In this document: positions 38,466 through 48,399 of the stretch, one piece after another
Layout: every line of letters starts with the position of its first letter
How positions within the stretch are numbered: the first letter of the stretch is position 1
IMG/VR virus record: IMGVR_UViG_3300023179_000037
Location: 47,976 to 111,975 of that record
Origin: a virus
Strand: one strand, 5' to 3'
Length of the DNA: 64,000 nucleotides
Translations under genes and position numbers: made by a program
Notes under the pieces: generated by a model
What the model saw: the letters and a program-made list of their open reading frames with translations, nothing else
What the model was told of the DNA's origin: nothing
Database searches by the model: none

Positions 38466-39497
38466 ATGGCAAAACAAAAGTTATCAGAATTAGAAGTAAC
38501 AAAAACAATAGGTCAAGATGATCTGTTGTATGTAGTGCAATCCAATACAAGTAAAGCAGTAAATGTAAAGGTGATTGCTTCTTCTTTAGTTACTGCTAAT
38601 ATTCGAGAACATTCAAGTAATTTATATTTTACCAACACTAGAGCCAGATCAGCTATAACAGTTACAGGTTCTGCTACATATGACACAGCAAATGGCATTA
38701 TCTTTGTTACTGGAGTAGCGCAAACTTATGTAGCTAATGTTAATGGGCAAAACGGTGAAGTTACTTTAACTACAGCAAATGTAAACGAATCTGATAACTT
38801 ATACTATACGAATGCAAGAGTATTTGCTAATGTTTCTTCTTTACTTAATTTAAAGGCTAATGTTGGTGATTTGACTACAGCAAATGTAATAGAAAATAAC
38901 AATTTATATTTTAATAATGCTAGATCAATTCTTGCAAATATTCCAGCAACAAATCAAATTGTAGTTTCAACTCCAGTATTTAACTATAATTTTGATCAAT
39001 ATTCTGGCGACAATCCAACCATTTATGTATCAGCAGGCGAAACAATATCTTTTGAATTGACGCAATCTAGCGCTCATCCTTTTGCAATTAGAGAATCTAA
39101 CGGTGGTCCAAATTACAATACTGGACTTACTCATATTGCACTTAATGGAACATTAAGTACAGGTTCTTCGGCTCAGGGGAAAACATCTGGTAAATTATTT
39201 TGGAAAATTCCTTTTAATCTAGCTGGAAATACCTATGTATATCAATGTACTGTTCATTCAAGTATGGTTGGCAGTATTGTAATACAAAAACCTTTAGCTA
39301 CTTTAACTACTACAGATATAAGTGAAGGAAATAATTTTTACTTTTCTAATAACAGAGTAACACAATATTTCACTAATACTGCTCCAGTCTCTTCTAGTTC
39401 ATCGGGTACAACTGGAGAAATAAGATTCGATTCTGATTATATCTATGTTTGTGTTGCCTCTGGATCTTGGAAAAGAGCAAATCTAACGATTTGGTAA
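38466..39497 (+). CDS. Virion fibre protein with cupredoxin-like domain
   Basis: NLYFTN repeats; AHPF...YQCTVHSSMVG; C-terminal GEIRFD..YIYVC...W. Confidence 0.7.
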   Translation: MAKQKLSELEVTKTIGQDDLLYVVQSNTSKAVNVKVIASSLVTANIREHSSNLYFTNTRARSAITVTGSATYDTANGIIFVTGVAQTYVANVNGQNGEVTLTTANVNESDNLYYTNARVFANVSSLLNLKANVGDLTTANVIENNNLYFNNARSILANIPATNQIVVSTPVFNYNFDQYSGDNPTIYVSAGETISFELTQSSAHPFAIRESNGGPNYNTGLTHIALNGTLSTGSSAQGKTSGKLFWKIPFNLAGNTYVYQCTVHSSMVGSIVIQKPLATLTTTDISEGNNFYFSNNRVTQYFTNTAPVSSSSSGTTGEIRFDSDYIYVCVASGSWKRANLTIW

Positions 39498-39498
39498 T

Positions 39499-39888
39499 AT
39501 GAATTTTGAATTGACCGATGAAAATTTTATTATGTACGCCATTAAATACTATGACAATCCTTATTGCAAAGGCATGGCAGAATTTTTAGATGATTTAAAA
39601 AGATTTAAATATCTTAAAAGATTATTTAGAAAATATAGTGCTACTAATGATTTAAAGGAAAGATTAATTCTAAATCATCTAATAGTAATTTACAATTTAT
39701 TTGGTGCAGAAGCAGCAACAAAAATGTTATTCTTTAAGATTGAAAAGAAATACTGGTCACAGTTAAAGACCTTTTTAGTATTTCTCAATTATATGCCGTT
39801 AACCGTTATAGTATCTAAAGGTATTGAAGTATTAGAAAGTGATATACCTTTAGACGATAGAATTATAGAAATTTTAAGAAAGATATAA
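39499..39888 (+). CDS. Conserved T4-like hypothetical protein
   Basis: ELTDENF..YA...YDNP.C...EF..DLKRFKYLKRL...LILNH. Confidence 0.75.
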   Translation: MNFELTDENFIMYAIKYYDNPYCKGMAEFLDDLKRFKYLKRLFRKYSATNDLKERLILNHLIVIYNLFGAEAATKMLFFKIEKKYWSQLKTFLVFLNYMPLTVIVSKGIEVLESDIPLDDRIIEILRKI

Positions 39889-40431
39889 ATGGGTAGATTT
39901 GTAGATTCAATGATTGCTTTAAGAATTTTAACTCTTTTGGTTACACCTTTTGTACAAACACCTGCCTATAAACTTGGTATTATTGATAAAAACGGTAAAG
40001 AATTAAAAACAATGCAGCAGCTTAATACTGCTGAAGAAAGAGATGCATATACTCTATTACATAGATTAGTTTATAGATTAAAACGTATTATTGAAAAGGT
40101 ACCTATTGAAAACAAAAAATTGGTATCTCTTGCGGCCGCATATGCGTTAATACGAGAATCATTACAACAAGAAAAAGAACCAATAGATTTAGAAAAGAAG
40201 TATTTAAATAAGTTAAATGAAAATCTTGTCCAAGAATTGGTTATTGTAGAAGATTTTTTACATAAAAATAAAATGTTTACTTTTAAACAATATTCTGAAC
40301 AAGAAGGTGGTGAAGGTGCTGCAACAGTGCCTACTAATAATATAGCTCAAGATACCCAAGCCATTGAAAAACCAGAGGGTTTTCCTATTTTCAAAAGAAG
40401 AAAAATTTTAAGGAGAAAACGATATGTTTAA
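39889..40431 (+). CDS. Conserved T4-like hypothetical protein
   Basis: PF....AYKLGIIDKNGK...AYT..HRLV..LKR. Confidence 0.7.
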   Translation: MGRFVDSMIALRILTLLVTPFVQTPAYKLGIIDKNGKELKTMQQLNTAEERDAYTLLHRLVYRLKRIIEKVPIENKKLVSLAAAYALIRESLQQEKEPIDLEKKYLNKLNENLVQELVIVEDFLHKNKMFTFKQYSEQEGGEGAATVPTNNIAQDTQAIEKPEGFPIFKRRKILRRKRYV

Positions 40432-40660
40432 TTGGTTAAGAAATCTTTTTATTGGTGAAAAAGTTGCAGTACAAAAAAATGAGATTATTGAACAAAAAAC
40501 TGAGGTTGTCATACCAGAAGTAAAAGAAGAAGTAGAGAAAATTGTTACTGATACTTTAGATGCCAATAAGAATGAAAAAGTAGATTCGCAAGAGGTGAAA
40601 CTTGCTACTTCTAAAGTAAAAGAAAAAATAAAAACCAAGGTTAAAAATAAAAAAAAATAA
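40424..40660 (+). CDS. Small Lys/Glu-rich hypothetical protein
   Basis: AAGGAG RBS; ORF fits gene packing. Confidence 0.55.
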   Translation: MFNWLRNLFIGEKVAVQKNEIIEQKTEVVIPEVKEEVEKIVTDTLDANKNEKVDSQEVKLATSKVKEKIKTKVKNKKK

Positions 40661-40966
40661 ATGGCGACATCACAATCGAGAATTTCTGTGCTTGAAACCA
40701 AAGTAGAATCAATAAAAGAGGATATCGTTGAAATTAAAGGCGATATCAAGAACGTCCAATCTAGAATAATTGAAGATAAAAAAGAATTAACTACTCAATT
40801 AGAAAAAATGTATAATGCTTCGTGTGAGCAGCATAGTCAATTGGCGAAAGAAATACGAGAATTGAAGCAGTTTAAAAATAAATGGATTTATATTTCTATG
40901 GGTGGACTTACAATGTTAGGTTGGATAGTGGCTTATTATGATAAATTGGCATTATTTTTACATTAG
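40661..40966 (+). CDS. Coiled-coil protein with C-terminal transmembrane helix
   Basis: RISVLETKV heptads; KWIYISMGGLTMLGWIV hydrophobic segment. Confidence 0.6.
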   Translation: MATSQSRISVLETKVESIKEDIVEIKGDIKNVQSRIIEDKKELTTQLEKMYNASCEQHSQLAKEIRELKQFKNKWIYISMGGLTMLGWIVAYYDKLALFLH

Positions 40967-40968
40967 TA

Positions 40969-40997
40969 TTGATTCTATTTACTAGCTATAATATAAT
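40969..40997 (+). promoter_or_regulatory. Sigma70-type promoter for primase
   Basis: TTGATT-N17-TATAAT. Confidence 0.65.
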
Positions 40998-41017
40998 AGT
41001 CTAATACGAGGACTATT

Positions 41018-42037
41018 ATGTTATACATTGATCTTAAATATCTAAAGCTGATTCAAAATCGGCTACCGTTGTTTAAACAAAAGAGTGACCACGTTTATAC
41101 ATGTAGATGTATTATCTGTGGTGATTCAAGAAAAAAGGCAAATAAAACAAGAGGACATTTTTATATTATCAAAAATAGTGTTTTGTATAAATGTTTTAAT
41201 TGTGATGCCAGTATGCAGTTCGGTACATTTCTTAAAAATTTAGATAAAATTTTATATGACCAATATGTATTAGAAAGATATAGTGCCGGTTTGCCTTTTA
41301 ATAAACCTCACCAAGATGCTTCAGATGTTTTTAAAACCAAACCATTAAAAATAGAAAATACATCTATCGCGTTTCTCGATAATACGTTGAATCGATTAGA
41401 TAAATTATCAGATGAGCACGAGGCAGTACAATTTTGTATTAAAAGAAAAATACCTAAAAGCTCTTTCAAGCGATTATATTTTGTAAATGACATACGAAAA
41501 ATAGAACAACTATCAGACAAGTATAAAGATAAATTAAAAACATCTGAGCCTAGATTGGTTATTCCTTTTATTGATAAAACTGGGCAATTAATAGGTGTTA
41601 CATGCAGAGCTTTAAGGGGTGAGGAATTAAGATACATTACAATCAAAGTACAAGAAGATGTTCCTTTTATTTTTGGTATGGATATTATCGATACTAATAA
41701 AAAAGTATTTGCAGTTGAAGGTCCGCTTGATTCATTGTTCATAAAAAATGCTATTGCTGTAGGTGGAACTACATTTAATAAACTTGAATCTATAGGTATT
41801 TCGAAAGAAAATTTAGTTATCGTTTTTGATAATCAACCTAGAAATAAAGAAGTGGTGAAATTAGTAAATAAAGCAATTGAAAACAATTTTAATGTTGTAA
41901 TTTGGCCTCAAAATTTAATAGAAAAAGATATAAATGATATGGTAATTGCCGGAAAAAATATAGAAAAGATTTTAAATGCAAATATTTTTAATGGTTTAGA
42001 AGCAAAAATGAATTTTACAGTATGGAAGAGAGTATGA
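41018..42037 (+). CDS. DNA primase (T4 gp61-like)
   Basis: CRCIICGDS...YKCFNC Zn finger; VEGPLDS, FDN.PRN, KDINDM TOPRIM motifs. Confidence 0.95.
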   Translation: MLYIDLKYLKLIQNRLPLFKQKSDHVYTCRCIICGDSRKKANKTRGHFYIIKNSVLYKCFNCDASMQFGTFLKNLDKILYDQYVLERYSAGLPFNKPHQDASDVFKTKPLKIENTSIAFLDNTLNRLDKLSDEHEAVQFCIKRKIPKSSFKRLYFVNDIRKIEQLSDKYKDKLKTSEPRLVIPFIDKTGQLIGVTCRALRGEELRYITIKVQEDVPFIFGMDIIDTNKKVFAVEGPLDSLFIKNAIAVGGTTFNKLESIGISKENLVIVFDNQPRNKEVVKLVNKAIENNFNVVIWPQNLIEKDINDMVIAGKNIEKILNANIFNGLEAKMNFTVWKRV

Positions 42038-42735
42038 AAGTAAAATTAATTAGTTATTCGCAGCATGCGTTTGATCCTGCTTTAGGAGATAAAATTGAAT
42101 CAGATATTTTTAATCAACAAGATCTTATTGCCTACTGCGCCAGAGTCTCGAACCCAACGAATCAATCCAACACAGAAACCTCGGACCGATTACTTCGATA
42201 CCTTATTAAACACAAACACTGGTCACCCTTCGAAATGGTCAGTGCCTGTCTCGAAATCACCACTACCCGTGACATTGCAAGACAAATCCTCAGACACCGA
42301 AGTTTTAGTTTTCAAGAGTTCAGCCAGCGATATGCTGATCCAGTTAAAGAACTCAATTTTGTTCTTAGAGACGCAAGGCTACAAGACCCCAATAATAGAC
42401 AAAACTCGATTGAACTTGATTTTAGACAGCAAGAGCACAGAGAAATTTCAGAATGGTGGATAACTTCACAGCATGAGCTTCTGAAGAAAACAAAGGAAAT
42501 ATATACTACAGCCGTCAGATTAGGTATAGCAAAAGAACAAGCAAGAGCAGTATTGCCCGAAGGCTTAACGGAGTCAAAAATGTATGTTAATGGAACCTTG
42601 AGGTCTTGGATTCATTACTGTGAATTGAGATCAGATAATGGAACACAATTAGAACACAGGGAAATTGCAAAGGCTTGCGCGCAAGTTATTTCCAAAATAT
42701 TCCCATTGATGAATAACTTTGTAGGAACAACATGA
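42034..42735 (+). CDS. thyX: Flavin-dependent thymidylate synthase
   Basis: HWSPFE and RHRSFSFQEFSQRY signature; start at ATG 42034. Confidence 0.95.
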   Translation: MKVKLISYSQHAFDPALGDKIESDIFNQQDLIAYCARVSNPTNQSNTETSDRLLRYLIKHKHWSPFEMVSACLEITTTRDIARQILRHRSFSFQEFSQRYADPVKELNFVLRDARLQDPNNRQNSIELDFRQQEHREISEWWITSQHELLKKTKEIYTTAVRLGIAKEQARAVLPEGLTESKMYVNGTLRSWIHYCELRSDNGTQLEHREIAKACAQVISKIFPLMNNFVGTT

Positions 42736-43112
42736 ATACTAAAATAGATGTCGCTGCTTTTATGTTTGCAGGAAATCATAACGTAGAAACAACTAATCCT
42801 GGTTTTTATCCTGGTAGAATCGACCAAATAAATCTCTATGCAAATTTGATTAAAGAAGAATACGAAGAATTAACTGCAGCACTTGCCAAAAAAGATATTG
42901 TTGAAACAGCTGATGCTTGTATTGATTTGATCTGGGTTATTGAAGGACTAATGTACAGTGCCGGCATTGATCCCCAAACGGTATGGGATGAAATAGCTAA
43001 ATCAAATCATAGCAAAACTGTAGATGGCAAATTAATGAAAAGAGAAGATGGTAAGATACTAAAGCCAGAGACTTTTCGACCACCCAATATTCAAAGAGCA
43101 CTGGGGCTATAA
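42732..43112 (+). CDS. All-alpha NTP pyrophosphohydrolase (MazG-like)
   Basis: LIKEEYEEL...ETADACIDL...SNHSK...REDGKILKP. Confidence 0.85.
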   Translation: MNTKIDVAAFMFAGNHNVETTNPGFYPGRIDQINLYANLIKEEYEELTAALAKKDIVETADACIDLIWVIEGLMYSAGIDPQTVWDEIAKSNHSKTVDGKLMKREDGKILKPETFRPPNIQRALGL

Positions 43113-43643
43113 ATGACACTATTCACTTTTCTAATTGAATTCATACCAGATTTAGTATGGGTTCTTCTTTTCTTTGTAGGTGTAACTATGATGATCGCTG
43201 GGCAATTTCTGCGCGGCGTACCAATTATCATGCAATACAGACTGCCTTTGATGTTTATAGGTTTCTTTATTTTAATGATAAGTGTATGGTCACTTGGGGC
43301 TCTTGCCAATGAATCTAAATGGCAAGATCGTCTAAAAGAAGTTGAAGAACAAGTGAAAACCCAGGAAACAAGAGCAGAAGAAATAAATAAACAGCTTGAA
43401 AAAGAAATCGCTGATAAAAAAGAATTAGCTGAAAAGAAAAATAAAGTAATCACAAATGAAATAGTTAAGTGGCAGACAAAGGAAGTTCTAAAAGAAGTTA
43501 CAGTGCAAGGACCCGAAAGAGTAAAAATTGAAAAAGTTATTGAATATATTGAAAACTGTCCAGTGCCTAAAGAAATGTTAGATATACACAATAAAGCTGC
43601 AGTACCTATAATTGAAAAGAATAAAGAAGGGGAAAAGAAATGA
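43113..43643 (+). CDS. Membrane-anchored coiled-coil protein, probable i-spanin
   Basis: N-terminal TM helices, long coiled coil, C-terminal Cys; overlaps lipoprotein gene. Confidence 0.55.
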   Translation: MTLFTFLIEFIPDLVWVLLFFVGVTMMIAGQFLRGVPIIMQYRLPLMFIGFFILMISVWSLGALANESKWQDRLKEVEEQVKTQETRAEEINKQLEKEIADKKELAEKKNKVITNEIVKWQTKEVLKEVTVQGPERVKIEKVIEYIENCPVPKEMLDIHNKAAVPIIEKNKEGEKK

Positions 43644-43924
43644 AACTAATTTTAGCTTTTCTTCTTGCAATTACCATATCTGGTTGTACCATGGTAGAAA
43701 GATTTATGCCAGCCAAGCCGAAATGGCCCTCTGTTCAAAAAGAATTAACTGACCCATGCCCAGATTTAAAAACTATAGAAGGTGATCAAGTAGCAATCAC
43801 TGAACTACTGAAGGCGGTTGTCAACAATTACACGTTATATTATGAATGCTCTTTGAAGAATGATGGTTGGAATAAATGGTACAAGGAGCAAAAAAATAAC
43901 TACGAGAAGGGCGGTAAAAAATGA
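43640..43924 (+). CDS. Lipoprotein, probable o-spanin
   Basis: Lipobox ISGC, Pro-rich linker, CPDL...YYEC. Confidence 0.6.
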   Translation: MKLILAFLLAITISGCTMVERFMPAKPKWPSVQKELTDPCPDLKTIEGDQVAITELLKAVVNNYTLYYECSLKNDGWNKWYKEQKNNYEKGGKK

Positions 43925-44820
43925 AAAAATTATTACTTATAGTACCATTAATTATGCTAGCAGGTTGTGCCTCATCTGGTCCTAGCAATTACCAACTTTA
44001 TGCCGAAACACAAGCAAAAATAGCTCAAGCTCATGCTGTAGCCGAAACTGCAAGATTCAATGCATTGGCTGAAATTGCAAAGAACGGTGATGCTGCAAGT
44101 AAAGTAGCAGCAGTTTTAAGTATTCAAATGAGTGGTGGATCAAATCAGCAAAGGCAGAATCAACAAGTTGCACCTCCCGAAACATTTGCTGATACAGCAT
44201 TGAAATGGACAAGTGTTTTATTGCCGAACTTTACACAGTTTTATAGTATAAATCGTAATAGCGCTGTTGCTATGCGTCAAAGTGATAATCAAGCTGCTAT
44301 AGCAGTCAGTACAAATCAAGCATTTACGGGTATTGCAACAGCAGGTCATAATGCAAATAGTAACATAGCAGCAAGCGGGTTTAATGCAATAAATCAATCT
44401 AACACAGCGGGATTTAATGCTTTGAACACACAAAGTACCAACGCATTTAATGCTTTGAACACACAAAGTACCAACGCATTTAATGCTTTAAATACGCAAA
44501 ACACTTCCGCATTTAATAGCTTACAAAGTGTTGGAATAGCAGGTTTCAATGCGCTAAAAGATACTGCAAGCAAGATTCAAGCACCAACACCCAACATTAC
44601 AGTGCAAGGCAATTATAATATTGGTGAAAATAGTGGCAATACGGGAAAGATTGCAGGTGGTGCAATAACTGATAGCACTTCAACACCAACGGTAGTAACT
44701 CAGCCTGCACCGACAATTGTAAACCCAGTTGTTGTGACTCAACCGGCTCCTGTTATAGTTGAAAAAACGGTAACAACCACAACCAATAATACAACGCAAT
44801 CTAGCGGAACTGGTAAATAA
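43921..44820 (+). CDS. Lipoprotein with 11-aa repeats and Thr/Pro-rich tail
   Basis: Lipobox LAGC; AFNALNTQSTN repeats. Confidence 0.75.
   Translation: MKKLLLIVPLIMLAGCASSGPSNYQLYAETQAKIAQAHAVAETARFNALAEIAKNGDAASKVAAVLSIQMSGGSNQQRQNQQVAPPETFADTALKWTSVLLPNFTQFYSINRNSAVAMRQSDNQAAIAVSTNQAFTGIATAGHNANSNIAASGFNAINQSNTAGFNALNTQSTNAFNALNTQSTNAFNALNTQNTSAFNSLQSVGIAGFNALKDTASKIQAPTPNITVQGNYNIGENSGNTGKIAGGAITDSTSTPTVVTQPAPTIVNPVVVTQPAPVIVEKTVTTTTNNTTQSSGTGK
44412..44510 (+). repeat. 33-bp tandem repeat (two identical copies plus one diverged)
   Basis: ATTTAATGCTTTGAACACACAAAGTACCAACGC x2, then a variant. Confidence 0.9.
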
Positions 44821-44844
44821 AGAAAATTTCTTTATATCTAAAAT

Positions 44845-45390
44845 ATGAAAATCAATTTGCCATATTACAACACTAGTTACAGTGTTGTAGATAATATCTT
44901 TACCTATAATGAAGCAGATAAAATTTTCTATTGCTGCTTTAATAGTTTTTATACTTTAACAAGAAAATCTGCAGCATATGATGTAAATAGTGTACCACAA
45001 CTTGAATGTCATGTAACAGAAAAAGAATTTACTGCATTGCCTTTTATGCATAATAAAAAATTTTTAGATACTGTTGCAATACATGGAACAGATTTAAATA
45101 TAACAAGAGCTAGAATTATTTGTAATAATGCATTAGAGGTATGTAAGCTACATGTGGATGGATACGAAAACAACGATAAAACTATTTTATATTATGCAAA
45201 TAAAAACTGGGATCATGAATATGGAGGAGACACAATATTTGCAAATGATGCAGGTGAGACTATAGCGACGATAAATTACAAACCCAATCGATTAGTAATT
45301 TTTGATGCTAAAATTCCACACAGATCAACTGCAGTATCGCCTGCCGCGAATCAATGGCGATTCACTATAGTAATAAATTTAAGTAAATAA
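44845..45390 (+). CDS. 2OG-Fe(II) oxygenase
   Basis: HVD...YYAN..W....GG.T.F...KPNRLVIFD..IPH...R. Confidence 0.85.
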   Translation: MKINLPYYNTSYSVVDNIFTYNEADKIFYCCFNSFYTLTRKSAAYDVNSVPQLECHVTEKEFTALPFMHNKKFLDTVAIHGTDLNITRARIICNNALEVCKLHVDGYENNDKTILYYANKNWDHEYGGDTIFANDAGETIATINYKPNRLVIFDAKIPHRSTAVSPAANQWRFTIVINLSK

Positions 45391-45406
45391 TAATAAGGTA
45401 ATTTTA

Positions 45407-47200
45407 ATGACGGATATCGCTCACGGCATAACAATAGACTATTCTCGGGATAATTTGTTTGACGAATTAGGAATAAAAAGATTAAAAGAAAGTTATATGA
45501 AAGATGAGGAGAAAAGCCCTCAAGAAAGATTTGCTTTTGTGTCTAGAACTTTTGGCAGCAATCCAGAGCATGCACAACGATTGTATGACTATTCGAGCAA
45601 ACATTGGCTTTCATACAGTACCCCGATTCTGTCATTTGGAAGAAGCAAACGAGGATTGCCTATCAGTTGCTTTTTGACGTTTCTTCAAGATTCCGCGGAA
45701 GGATTAGTTAATACTCTTTCGGAAGTGAATTGGTTGTCGATGTTAGGGGGTGGAATTGGAATCGGTATTGGAATTCGTAGCGCTGATGATAAGTCTGTTG
45801 GCGTTATGCCTCATCTTAAAACATATGATGCATCATCTCTTGCATATAGACAGGGTAGGACTCGGCGTGGCAGCTATGCTGCATATCTGGACATTAGTCA
45901 TCCTGATGTACTTTTATTTCTGGATATGCGTAAACCAACCGGCGATCCTAATATGCGCGCTCCTAATCTTCATCACGGCATCAATATTAGTGATGATTTT
46001 ATGCGTATCATTGAAAAATGCATGATTGATTCCACCGCAGATGATACATTTGAATTAAGAGATCCTCACAATGGTTCTGTGCGAGAAAAAGTATCAGCAA
46101 GGGAATTGTGGCAACGTATTTTAGAATTAAGAATGCAAACAGGTGAGCCGTATTTACATTTTATTTCAACGAGCAACAAACATCTTCCTGAATTTCAGAA
46201 AAAGCTTGGATTAACAATTCGCCAAAGCAATTTGTGCAGTGAAATCGTTTTACCAACAGATAAAGACAGAACTGCTGTATGTTGCTTGTCCTCAGTAAAT
46301 CTGGAGTATTATGATGATTGGAAAAACGATAAACTTTTTCTTCGGGACATTGCAGAGATGCTTGACAATGTTCTTTCTTACTTTATTGAAAATGCACCCG
46401 ACACGGTATCTAGAGCCAAATATTCTGCAGTAAGAGAGCGTAGTATTGGTATTGGTGCCCTCGGTTTTCATGCCTATCTTCAGAAATGTGGATTGCCCTT
46501 TGAGTCTGCTCTCGCAGTCAGCAAAAATAAACAGATATTCAAACACATTCGTGAAGAATTAGATCTTGCAAACATCAAACTGGGAAAGGAAAGAGGTGAG
46601 GCTCCGGATGCAATTGGCACTGGACAAAGATTCAGTCATATGCTTGCCATAGCTCCTAATGCAAGCTCAAGTATAATCATGGGTAATACAAGTCCTTCCA
46701 TTGAGCCATATCGCGCTAATGCTTATCGACAAGATACTTTATCTGGAGCTTTTCTAAATAAAAATAAATGGTTAGATATTATCATTAAGGAAAAGTGCTC
46801 TGCAGATTCTAAGTTGGATTATAATGAAATTTGGTCAAGCATTATTGCAAACGATGGTTCAGTTCAACATCTTATATGGATGGATGATTGGACAAAAGAC
46901 GTATTTAAAACCTCTATGGAAATTGATCAAAGATGGATTATACAGCATGCCGCTGATCGCCAGCCATATATTGACCAAGCACAAAGTCTTAATCTCTTTT
47001 TCCGACCAGACTCAAACATTAAATACATCCATGCAGTTCATTTCATGGCTTGGAAAAATGGATTGAAAACACTTTACTATTGTCGTTCAGAAAAGATCAC
47101 GAAAGCAGATAAAGTCTCTCGTAAAATAGAAAGACAAGTAATTGAGGAATTAGATATGAAAGCATTGGTTGAAGGAGATGAATGTCTAGCATGTCAATAA
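45407..47200 (+). CDS. nrdA: Ribonucleotide reductase class Ia alpha subunit
   Basis: PISCF, SNLCSE, APNASSS, KTLYY, C-terminal CLAC; no ATP cone. Confidence 0.97.
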   Translation: MTDIAHGITIDYSRDNLFDELGIKRLKESYMKDEEKSPQERFAFVSRTFGSNPEHAQRLYDYSSKHWLSYSTPILSFGRSKRGLPISCFLTFLQDSAEGLVNTLSEVNWLSMLGGGIGIGIGIRSADDKSVGVMPHLKTYDASSLAYRQGRTRRGSYAAYLDISHPDVLLFLDMRKPTGDPNMRAPNLHHGINISDDFMRIIEKCMIDSTADDTFELRDPHNGSVREKVSARELWQRILELRMQTGEPYLHFISTSNKHLPEFQKKLGLTIRQSNLCSEIVLPTDKDRTAVCCLSSVNLEYYDDWKNDKLFLRDIAEMLDNVLSYFIENAPDTVSRAKYSAVRERSIGIGALGFHAYLQKCGLPFESALAVSKNKQIFKHIREELDLANIKLGKERGEAPDAIGTGQRFSHMLAIAPNASSSIIMGNTSPSIEPYRANAYRQDTLSGAFLNKNKWLDIIIKEKCSADSKLDYNEIWSSIIANDGSVQHLIWMDDWTKDVFKTSMEIDQRWIIQHAADRQPYIDQAQSLNLFFRPDSNIKYIHAVHFMAWKNGLKTLYYCRSEKITKADKVSRKIERQVIEELDMKALVEGDECLACQ

Positions 47201-47230
47201 GTAAAATACTAGTATAAAACGAGGCAAATA

Positions 47231-48223
47231 ATGATTAAAAAAATAAAAACAAAGTTAACCGATGAAAGACAATATTTTAAACCCTTTAACTATCCTTTTT
47301 GCTATGAAGCTTGGCTTAAACACGAACAATCGCACTGGCTTCACCTTGAAGTTCCAATGCTCGAAGATGTAAAGGATTGGAAAAATAAATTAACTGAAGA
47401 TGAAAAGAAATTTCTAACACATATTTTTAGATTTTTCACACAAGGCGACATTGATGTTGCAGGAGGATATGTAAAAAATTATCTTCCCTACTTTCCTCAA
47501 CCCGAAGTGAGAATGATGTTATGTGGTTTTGCTGCACGAGAAGCTTTGCATATTGCAGCATACTCCCATTTAATCGAATCGCTTGGCATGCCGGACACCA
47601 CCTACAATGAATTTCTTGAATATGCGGAAATGCGAGAGAAACATGATTACATTCTAGATATCAGCTCAAAAAATAGTACTAAGCAATCTACAGCCGAACA
47701 CATTGCTGCATTTAGCGCATTCACTGAGGGAATGCAACTTTTTAGTAGTTTTATTATGCTTCTTAATTTTCCTCGTCATGGTGTTATGAAGGGCATGGGG
47801 CAAATTATTACATGGTCAATTGCTGATGAAACACTGCATTCTGAGTCTATGATTAAACTATTTAGAACATATATAGAAGAAAATAGAGAAATCTGGAATG
47901 ATGAACTTAAAGGAAAAATTTACACAATTGCTACCAAAATGGTGGAGCTTGAAGATAAGTTTATTGATTTGGCATTCGGCATGGTACGCGTGGCTAATCT
48001 GGACGCTGGTGACGTTAAACGTTATATCCGCTATATTACTGATCGTCGTCTTATCAGTATGGGTCTTAAAGGAATCATGAAAGTTAAAAAGAATCCGTTA
48101 CCTTGGGTAGAAGAAATGTTAAATGCCCCCACTCACACTTCATTTTTTGAAAATAGAGTAACCGATTATGCGAAAGGGGCAATTACCGGATCTTGGACAG
48201 ATGTTTGGGCAAAGACTGCTTGA
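47231..48223 (+). CDS. nrdB: Ribonucleotide reductase class Ia beta subunit
   Basis: EALH..AYS, EGMQLFSSF, DETLH, FFENRVTDY. Confidence 0.97.
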   Translation: MIKKIKTKLTDERQYFKPFNYPFCYEAWLKHEQSHWLHLEVPMLEDVKDWKNKLTEDEKKFLTHIFRFFTQGDIDVAGGYVKNYLPYFPQPEVRMMLCGFAAREALHIAAYSHLIESLGMPDTTYNEFLEYAEMREKHDYILDISSKNSTKQSTAEHIAAFSAFTEGMQLFSSFIMLLNFPRHGVMKGMGQIITWSIADETLHSESMIKLFRTYIEENREIWNDELKGKIYTIATKMVELEDKFIDLAFGMVRVANLDAGDVKRYIRYITDRRLISMGLKGIMKVKKNPLPWVEEMLNAPTHTSFFENRVTDYAKGAITGSWTDVWAKTA

Positions 48224-48399
48224 TGGAAAATTATGTAATTTTGAGACGTGAAATTTGTAATAGTTGCAGTAATTTGAAAATTTTACTTGGCGTTAAAATT
48301 TGTAATTTATGTGGGTGTTCTATTTGGGCCAAATCTATGCTGCCCAATGCAGAATGCCCTCTGAATAAGTGGGATACTGGTGACAATAAACAAAATTGA
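48223..48399 (+). CDS. Small Cys-rich protein (RxxICxxC...CxxCGC...K...CPxxKW)
   Basis: Motif visible; start at ATG 48223 (TGATG overlap). Confidence 0.7.
   Translation: MENYVILRREICNSCSNLKILLGVKICNLCGCSIWAKSMLPNAECPLNKWDTGDNKQN

Noticed and set aside
42034-48223. Introns or inteins in thyX, nrdA, nrdB
   Set aside because: All three ORFs are continuous and of normal length
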